NCBI GenBank assembly: GCA_020137815.1
Contig: CM035360.1
Location: 2,108,001 to 2,172,000 of the forward strand
Direction of reading: 5' to 3'
Length of the DNA: 64,000 nt
DNA from: Hormiphora californensis
Taxonomy: Eukaryota; Animalia; Ctenophora
Shown: in pieces, positions 55,866-64,000 of the stretch
Numbering within the stretch: the first letter of the stretch is position 1
Layout: each line of letters starts with the position of its first letter
Made by a program: the position numbers and the translations under genes
The notes under the pieces: model-generated
Seen by the model: the letters and a program-made list of their open reading frames with translations, nothing else
What the model was told of the DNA's origin: nothing
The model's database searches: none

Positions 55866-58800
55866 ATGTCAGGGTGGGTGGCCCGGAGTAGAGACGATCT
55901 GCATTGTGACGTACATTTACCACCCGATACCGTGATATCTCTGGGAAGAACACCGGACACTGGAATTACTGACAAATCCATTTCCAAGCTGCACACCCTG
56001 TTAAAGTTCCAACCGGCAAAGGGTTTAGTTCTTTGTAAGCAGCTGGGAAGGAATAGTGCTGTTGTTAACGGTGAGTTTTATTTCTTTGCTTTAATTCCGC
56101 CTTGTGTAGCACATAGAACTGTTATGTTCTCATGGAAAGAGGATCGAGCAAGACAAGCACATTGTGTGAACAAGTTCACTGAACAACTCCAAACCGAGTT
56201 TCTGCATTCTACGTGACATGTGTTTCTGAATATCTGGTAATAACATTTCTCAGCACATTGCAAATTGTACTCGAGAGTTGCTATTAGCAATGACGACAGG
56301 TTGCGTCACGGTGAACTGCTCCGTATGGGAGTGTGTTGGGGGTTTTGGTTTCCCGCCAAACTTCCCAAAGATAGCCTCTCGAAACTGTGTCATCCTCAGA
56401 ACATAGACAAAGGGATTAACCACGGAATTCAGGGCGACAACAACGATGTACGTCAGGAGCCAGACATACTTTTGGAGGAACTTGTTTTTACCGTTCCCCG
56501 CGAGAAAGTCACGGTTGAAAAAGTAAACCCCAATCGAGTACCGGGTGTAGTTGACAAAAACCGGTAAATTAAACAAAATGTAGACACCCGTCACGATTAT
56601 GATGGTCACGGTTGCTTTTCTTTTGGTTTGTTGGACGTACTCTTGGGCAGAAGAGACGGAGAGGGACCGGTAGATGACACAGGTTGAAAGGATACAGCTT
56701 ACTGTGATGGGTATGATAGGGAAGGCCAGCTGGAAGAAGGAGAAAAAGGCATCCGTGTGCTGAAAAAGAAAGGTTTAGGGGTTAGGGCATAAGGTGGTTT
56801 TGGCTTTACATTGGAGGAAAGATCAACGACTTTAAAAAATTTCTGGTCAGAAACAGTTTGCTTTATTTTGAACAATGAGTTTTATCCGCAGAGAAAGCTT
56901 ACCTGCCAGTTAGTATAATTGATGTGATTCCAACAATATCCAGAGAACGCCTCATATTCATAGTGAGAGTACCCAGCAAAGATACCAATTAGCTGCCTGC
57001 CAATTAGGAACACCAAATACCCAATTAGCACCCTCCAAACCACTCGACGTCTCATTTGCTTCATAGGACGGAGCAGAGCAAAGGTTCTGAAAAGTTGTGA
57101 GGGTCAGGTGAACTAGTATAATATTGTCATGTATGCAAATAACAAATGCAAAAATATTCAACCGTTGACAGAGAATAAGGATCGGTTGATTGTTCAATTA
57201 TCAGCTGCATAATCAGTGAGGAAGTTTTGTTTCCTCCTTCCAGCCATTGTTTCACTGCCTACATAGAACGGTAGTCATAGAGAAACATGGACACTTTGAA
57301 TGAAAGTTTGAGGAGGTACCTAAAGGTGCTAAGAGCGAAGACAAGGAAAACGGAGTAGTATGGAATGAGTTCCCAGGTAAATCCCCAGACTGAACAGAAG
57401 AAGGGACTGCCAAACATTACTGATCGTCTCTCCATCGCCATGGAGATACCTGAAAGTAGAGCGAGGTTGTTGGGTAGGGGTATTTGATCAGGTATAGCGA
57501 ATAAATTACTTGGTATTTGATCAGGTATAGCGGATAAAGTACTTGGTGACTTGGTTTCATAATTGATAATGGCTTGTTCACGTGACAATTTTTTCGGAGA
57601 TGTAAAAACTCCGCTCAATATTAATACTCACCAACGGGTAGAACTAGGAGGGAAGTAGCAAGGTCGGTAGCTGCTATTGCTAGATAGATTATCGTCGGTA
57701 TATCCCTTGTTTTGCGGATAAAGAACCGCAATGCAATGAGATTACAGGGAAGGCCTATCAGGCAGCAAATAATACATATCGCTGCAAACACGCTGTCTGT
57801 CGTGTCTTGTGCCATACTACGGGGAATAGGGAAATGTGGCCATGGTAACATAAAGATCAGTTTTCGAATAAAAAACAAGAATAGCGTTTTTAGTTGGTGG
57901 TAGCTCTGAGCAATAAGTGAAGATCAGCTGTCCGACTGCATAACTACTTGTGGTCATTAGCAAGAAACTAAAGTAGTATTGAATGTATTAATTGTTAGAT
58001 TAAAACACACTCTAGCGAAGTTAAATGTAAGACGAACTCCGTTGAACTAAAGGAGACTCATTTAAACAGTGAACAGATGGCGTCAGTCATAGAGTGAGAA
58101 AGCCCTGAGAAAGTGAGAGTTAGAAATGGTATAATAAAGGCCATAAAATGTTTCACAGAAAACTTCACACGTGTATATATTCTGGTGTTAAAAGAGAAGT
58201 GGAATCTTCGAAAAAGAGGAGGATGATTTCCAGAGCTGAACGAGTTAGTGTAGTTAGTGATACAAAATCTCCAAATAAGACTAAAAATGGGTACAAACAC
58301 ATAGATAGATGTCCAAGACTGGAGTAGAAGTTTCTAGTTCAGTCATGGACATCTCTCTATGTGTTCATACCCAGCTCACAATCTTCGTGAACATTTATGG
58401 GTATGAAAATAGTGGGCTGGGTATGAAGTTTTAATACTTGTTGAGATCAACATACCACTGTTTGTTGTTGTTTAAACCATTCTAGTTTAGGAATTTACGG
58501 TTATGACTTTCGTCTTTACATTTCCAACACTTACTTAACTTATACATTTCGAGATACTTCGGCAATGCTGCCCTCTTCAGTGTTTGCACTGCCGAAACGT
58601 CGCTGTTTTTATATTTTCAACACAATATGTTGCAGGAGAGGAACTAAAGACGGGAATGAAGGCACGCTTAGCGATTAATTCTACCATTGATCTACTAGCA
58701 CACGGGAGATATAGATACTCAATTGTTCAAGCAGGTTCGACCGACTTCATTAACTAATTGAGAGTATTAAATTGTGCCAAAATTTTAAAACTTGAGACAT

Positions 58801-59144
58801 ATTATATGCTAAAAGTTCAATCATTTGACGTCAAACGCATGCATCAGCGCATCACGTGGAAATTACTTATCACGCCGACAAATTAAATGCTTTCTAAATT
58901 CAAATAATTTACAAGAGAGCATATTATACATGTGTTACTGCGACAGGTTGAATATTCATAATGGAGTGAGAGGGCGACATAAAAGGGGTCAGAATGAGTG
59001 CAAATGACCGCTCTACCATTGCTTCATGCAGCAACTAGTTTAGAGGGGCAATTTAGTACCATCTGGGCACCACTCATCTTCTAAGGATGCAGAGCCAGAG
59101 AATTAAGAGAGCGAGCGCAGAGGAGAGAGAGAGAGAGAGAGAGA

Positions 59145-59227
<83 letters not shown>

Positions 59228-59956
59228 CGCGAGAACGAGCGAGAGACGGGGAGAGAGAAGAGAGAGCAGAGAATTTTTTAAAAAACCCAAAGGATAGGGA
59301 AAAAATTTTTCCCCAAAATAAAAATTTTCAAAAAAATTTTAGGGGGATTTTAAATTTTGGGAAAAAATTTTAAAAAAGGGGGAAACAAAAAAAGGGGGAG
59401 GGAATTTTTTTAAAAATTGGGGTTTTAAAATTTGGGGGTTTTTTTTGGGCCCCCCAAAAACCCCCCCCCCCCCCCCCTTTTTTTTGGGTTTTTTTTCGCT
59501 TTTTCCCCTTTTTTTCCCCCTTTTCTTTTTTTCCCTTTACCCCCCTTTTTTCCCCCTTTTCAAACCCCCCTTTTTTTTAAACCCCCTGTTTTTTTTTCCC
59601 CCCTTTCGGGGCTAACGGGCCCCCCCCTTTTTTTTGGGTTTTCCCCATTTAAAAATTTTTGGGGGCCCCCCTTTTTACTTTTTTTTTCCCCCTTTTAAAC
59701 TTCTTTTTTTCCCCTTTCCCCCTTTTCCCTTTTTTTTTCCCAAAAAAATTTTCCCTTTTTTTCTTCCCCTTCCCCCCCCCTTTTTTTTTTTCCCCCCCCT
59801 TTTTCAATTTTTAAAGTTTTTTTTTCCCCCAAATATTTTTTTTCCCCCCTTTTCCCCCCCCCCCCCTTTCCCCCCCTTTTTCTCCCCCCTTTTCCCCCCC
59901 AATTTTCCCCCTTTTCCCCCCCCCTTTTTTTCCCCCCCCCCCTTTTTTTTTTTTTT

Positions 59957-59989
<33 letters not shown>

Positions 59990-60031
59990 GGGGGGGGGCC
60001 CCCCCCCCCCCCCCCCCCCCAAACCCCCCCC

Positions 60032-60062
<31 letters not shown>

Positions 60063-60850
60063 CCCCCCGCCCCATCCCTTCCCCCTTTCCCCCTTTTTAT
60101 TTCCCCCCCCTTTTTTTTTTTGGGGGGTTCCTCTCTTTTTCCCTTCTTTTTTTTCCCCCCCCTTTTTTTCCCTTCCCCTTTTTTCCCCCCCCCCTTTTTC
60201 CCTTTTCTCCCCTTTTTTCCCCCCTTCCCAAAAGGCAAAAAAAACAGGAACCAAAAAAAAGGAAGAACAAAAACAAATCAAGTCAGAACGCCCAAAAATT
60301 CCAGTTCTGGCCCGGGTTATTGGGGGGAAATTCAAAATCTACTAAAGGGGGGCCCAAAATTTGGGGGGGGGGGCCGGGGAGATTTTTTTTTAAAAGATGC
60401 ACCAGGGGAAAAAGGGGGAAAAAGGGTTGGAAAAAAGGGGATGGGGAGCCCGGGGGCAGAGATAAGGGGCGAAGAGGGGTGGGAAATAAGGAGATAGAGA
60501 GAGGGATGGAGAGAAAGGAAGATAGTGTGAGTTAGGGAATAGGGAGAGAGAGATAGAAGGAAGCGAATGATGTGACGTGACGTGCCTCATGGTGCCTGTC
60601 GGGTCCTGCGTCCGATTTACCTTCAAAACAATAGGTCATCCTATATCGCGTAAATTAGGTCCCTCATACGAAAGGAGCCAGTCAATTTAAATCGTTTATT
60701 GAGCACTATTTTCACTTGTAATTTGATATTTCCCAATTAGGTGCTACGAAGGTAGCAGCATTTGACCTAGACCACACGCTAATCACTACTAAATCTGGAC
60801 GGGTCTTTCCGAGGGACCAGGACGATTGGACTATAATGTGGCCTAACAAG
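55866..60850 (+). CDS. PNKP: Polynucleotide kinase 3'-phosphatase (partial): FHA exon 55866-56070, phosphatase exon 60740-60850; the middle is obscured and the 3' part probably lies beyond the window
   Basis: [16 protein letters not shown]...[12 protein letters not shown] is a PNKP/APTX/APLF-type FHA domain. [27 protein letters not shown] is HAD motif I of PNK 3'-phosphatase. Confidence 0.85.
56250..57815 (-). CDS. Class A (rhodopsin-like) orphan GPCR nested antisense in a PNKP intron; exons 57815-57632, 57449-57320, 57086-56903, 56759-56250
   Basis: TM1 [11 protein letters not shown]2 [10 protein letters not shown]3 FCSVWG...LSTFRTFAL (DRY position reads FRT), TM6 ILFNLP, TM7 NSVVNPFVY. Phases are consistent. 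Confidence 0.9.
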
Positions 60851-60860
60851 GTATTAATAT

Positions 60861-61118
60861 AACTAGACCAAAAAACAAAGGAAATTTGTTTGGAACACCC
60901 GTGGCCTTTTTCGATACTTGACGCTGCGGGAAATGCACCCATAATCTGAGCTATACTACTAGGTATCGTTGTGCCATCTCTCCAAGTTCTAACATACGCA
61001 CACTTTCTCTCACTCTTCCTCGCGTCTTGCTCTGACGAAGGGTGCATTTCCCGCAGCGTCAAGTATCGAAAAAGGCCACGGGTGTTCCAAACAAATTTCC
61101 TTTGTTTTTGGTCTAGTT
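60861..61118. mobile_element. Palindromic MITE with ~80-bp arms
   Basis: aactagacc...gggaaatgcaccc is the inverse of gggtgcatttccc...ggtctagtt. Confidence 0.8.
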
Positions 61119-61144
61119 TCTCAGGGTTTTTGTAAACAGGTAAC

Positions 61145-61890
61145 ATAAATATGCAAATAACGGCTAAACGGTGCGAGATACGACTTTTTGTCCGGGGGAC
61201 GACCCCCCATAAATCGACTATTCTACGTCGAAATATGTCCATGAAAACATTCTAGGACCAGCTGAAGTGGAAATATTCAGAATATGCATTAAATCATGAA
61301 TCAGTGCATAAATATCCATATAACGGCTAAACGGTGCGAGATACGACTTTTTGTCCGGGGGACGACCCCCCATAAATCGACTCTTCTGCGTCGAAATATG
61401 TCCATGAAAACGTTCTAGGACCATTTGAAGTGGAAATATTCAGAATATGCATTAAATCATGAATCTGCGCATAAATATGCAAATAACGGCTAAACGGTGC
61501 GAGATACGACTTTTTGTCCGGGGGACGACCCCCATAAATCGACTATTCTACGTCGAAATATGTCCATGAAAACATTCTAGGACCAGTTGAAGTGGAAATA
61601 TTCAGAATATGCATTAAATCATGAATCAGTGCATAAATATGCATATAACGGCTAAACGGTGCGAGATACGACTTTTTGTCCGGGGGACGACCCCCCATAA
61701 ATCGACTCTTCTGCGTCGAAATATGTCCATGAAAACGTTCTAGGACCATCTGAAGTGGAAATATTCAGAATATGCATTAAATCATGATTCTGCGCATAAG
61801 TATGCAAATAACGGCTAAACGGTGCGAGATACGACTTTTTGTCCCGGGGACGACCCCCCATAAATCGACTCTTCTGCGTCGAAATATGTC
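61145..61890. repeat. ~163-bp satellite, about 4.6 copies with alternating variants; partial inverted copy at ~62000-62050
   Basis: taacggctaaacggtgcgagatacgac recurs about every 163 bp. Confidence 0.9.
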
Positions 61891-62114
61891 CTTTGAAATG
61901 TCCTTACAACAACCAATACCGAGATAATCATAAAATTATACATAAATTATGCATAATTAATGACTTCCCATGCTCAAATCAAAATTTTACATAGCCTACG
62001 ACATGTAGAATAGTCGATTTATGGGGGGTCTTCCCCGGGACAAAAAGCTCTAAATCCAGCCGTTTTTGCTCAGTTTGGTTTGTAAAAAGGTCGTGCGTAT
62101 GTATGTATGTATGT

Positions 62115-62317
62115 ATTATACCAAAACTAATTGAAATTAGTAGGCCGGAAAGGTTGCCTTACGATTTGAGCTACCTTAGGCACCGTAACTTTCACGGGGT
62201 ATAGACAGGTTACAGATGCTTCGGTTATCTTCAAAAGGGAATGAACCAGTGCCAAAGGTAGCTCAAATCGTAAGGCAACCTTTCCGGCCTACTAATTTCA
62301 ATTAGTTTTGGTATAAT
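62115..62317. mobile_element. Palindromic MITE with ~63-bp perfect arms
   Basis: attataccaaaactaattg...gagctacctt is the inverse of aaggtagctc...ttttggtataat. Confidence 0.8.
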
Positions 62318-64000
62318 TTGCATCATTTTTGGGATTTTTTATCCATGTAGATTTAGTAGAATAGGTACAGAGAGGTTAGAATCGCGAAATTGAGAAATTT
62401 TCATTTTTGACGTCATTTTGACGTCATAAAATGACGTCACGACGTTGTAACGTCAAAATTATGACGTCATATTATCGGGACCACCTAGATGAAGATACTG
62501 ACCAAGTTTGAGATCGATTGGATGAGATTTGAGTCCGCTATAGCGAGAAAACCCATAACGTCATATCTGTTTTTAAACAGTCATAACACTTCCGACGCGT
62601 TTTAAGACCCTTATACGTCTGGTTTTCAAAATTCACAATATAGTTTCTGAAAGTTCAGACAATTCTCTTTCCATGATATAGTCTTAAATTTTCGATTAGA
62701 ATCCGTCTTCAGGGTGTTAATTGAGCTCAAAGAATTTTGGTTAGAGTCTGAAAAATGACGACTTTAAGACGTTCTGTAGGACGTTCCTGGCGATGAAAAG
62801 GGACCCCACTACGACTAATGCACACACATCCAGTAGATCTACCAGCTGTGAAAAGATGAAGTCTCTATCTCTTTTCGTTTGGCGACACATTCACTTATAA
62901 AAAGCGTCTCTCCTACGCGCGTGCGCGCGCGCATGCCTGTTACACTGAATTTAGGGCAAATGGGACCTGTCTGTAACTTCGGTTCCAGATGAGATAGAGA
63001 CTTGAAATTTTGAACTTGAGTCAAAGACCCCAAGCCGGGTATACATTCCAAATTTCAAGCCAAACGGATGAAAGGGAGCCACGCTATAGCCTTCTGAAAT
63101 CTGGATTTTCAGCCAAACACCCATAAAACGTATAACTGCGTTTCTGGCGGCGCTTTTTGAGGGGGGGGGGGGGGGAATGGCAACCTTTGCGCTTGCCAGC
63201 GCAGTGATGTATGTATGTATACAGAGCAAGCGTTTGGGACCCCCCTCGTAACTTTTGAACGAAACCATCGATCCACTTGAAATTTTAAACACTATTAGAT
63301 ATCATTGAGGTAGCTTTACATACAAAATTTCAGCGTGCTAGCTTGTCGGGAACATGGTTAAATAGACGCTCGAAAAGGGCGAAAGTCACATCCGTATGGT
63401 ATACTGCACTGGCCCCGAATCGGGCGAAATTAAATTTTCCGCGCCTGAGTTTATCCTTTCAGATTTGATCTTATAATGTTCTAGGATGACCTTAGAAGGG
63501 GTGGGATGGTTTTTCATTGCTGGGGGCTTTGCCCCCAGACCCCCATTAGGCCACGGGGCACTTGCCAGTGCAGTGATATACCGCGAGTGCACATATCACT
63601 CCCGCTGTGCGCGACCATTTGCACGCTGAAATATGCACTGTGCTTCCGCGGGAGCGTGCAGATATAGAGCCTCAAACTCTCAACGGTCCGACCGACGGTG
63701 GATTGTATTGTGTTGTTATAGCAGTGTGGAGAAGGAAAAACAGTCATGTGTAGTATGATTAAATTACCGTTAAAACGACCTCTAAAACTACCTCTAAAAT
63801 CAGAATCACAGTTGTTGACCAATGACTATAGTTTTTATTCTCTTTTTTGGAAAGGGCGAACAACTCCAGTTGTTCAGTAAGGAACAGCTGGCCGCTTTTG
63901 TCCGGTGAGTTCTCGGTAAAAGAAGAGTGGCCGCACAACAAAAGAACCCACGGGCCACCTTGCTTTGCTCGACCCCGATCTTTTCAGGAGCTCCGGTTTG

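Noticed and set aside
59275-60450. Second homopolymer block, including 287-aa Phe/Pro and Gly/Lys ORFs
   Set aside because: Same artefact signature following a microsatellite. The ORFs are compositional by-products.
60761-60778. PNKP motif DLDHT instead of DxDGT as possible loss of activity
   Set aside because: Both catalytic Asp residues are intact, and from recall DLDHT occurs in the active yeast 3'-phosphatase Tpp1.
61218-61861. Repeated 68-aa ORFs
   Set aside because: They are products of the 163-bp satellite.

Overview
This is eukaryotic, intron-rich animal DNA (GT-AG introns, many (AG)n microsatellites, MITEs, LINE fragments), not prokaryotic. The repeats and gene families suggest a ctenophore such as Pleurobrachia; that is an inference from recalled sequence, not a search. 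Seven minus-strand genes run head-to-tail from 1 to about 42.7 kb: Cactin, a very divergent MRPL9, GOSR2/membrin, flotillin-2, PEX19, an M6PR/ATG27-like receptor, and an MRL-family (RIAM/lamellipodin) RA-PH adaptor. The MRL gene has a secreted sushi-domain gene nested antisense in one intron. A transposon-rich block (47-52.5 kb) follows, then an intronless Ig-like type I receptor with a tandem array of EPIYA-like tyrosine motifs, head-to-head with PNKP, which hosts a nested antisense class A GPCR. Highlights: (1) flotillin-2 has two start-codon exons and three frame-exclusive copies of exon 3; (2) MRPL9 and Cactin may be joined by splicing through a dual-frame exon in an operon-like cluster; (3) the MRL gene has four phase-compatible alternative N-termini; (4) the EPIYA-array receptor; (5) a +1 frameshift in the last PEX19 exon. 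Two homopolymer-rich blocks (37.2-38.7 kb and 59.3-60.45 kb) look like sequencing noise. All exon models were read by hand and need RNA confirmation.
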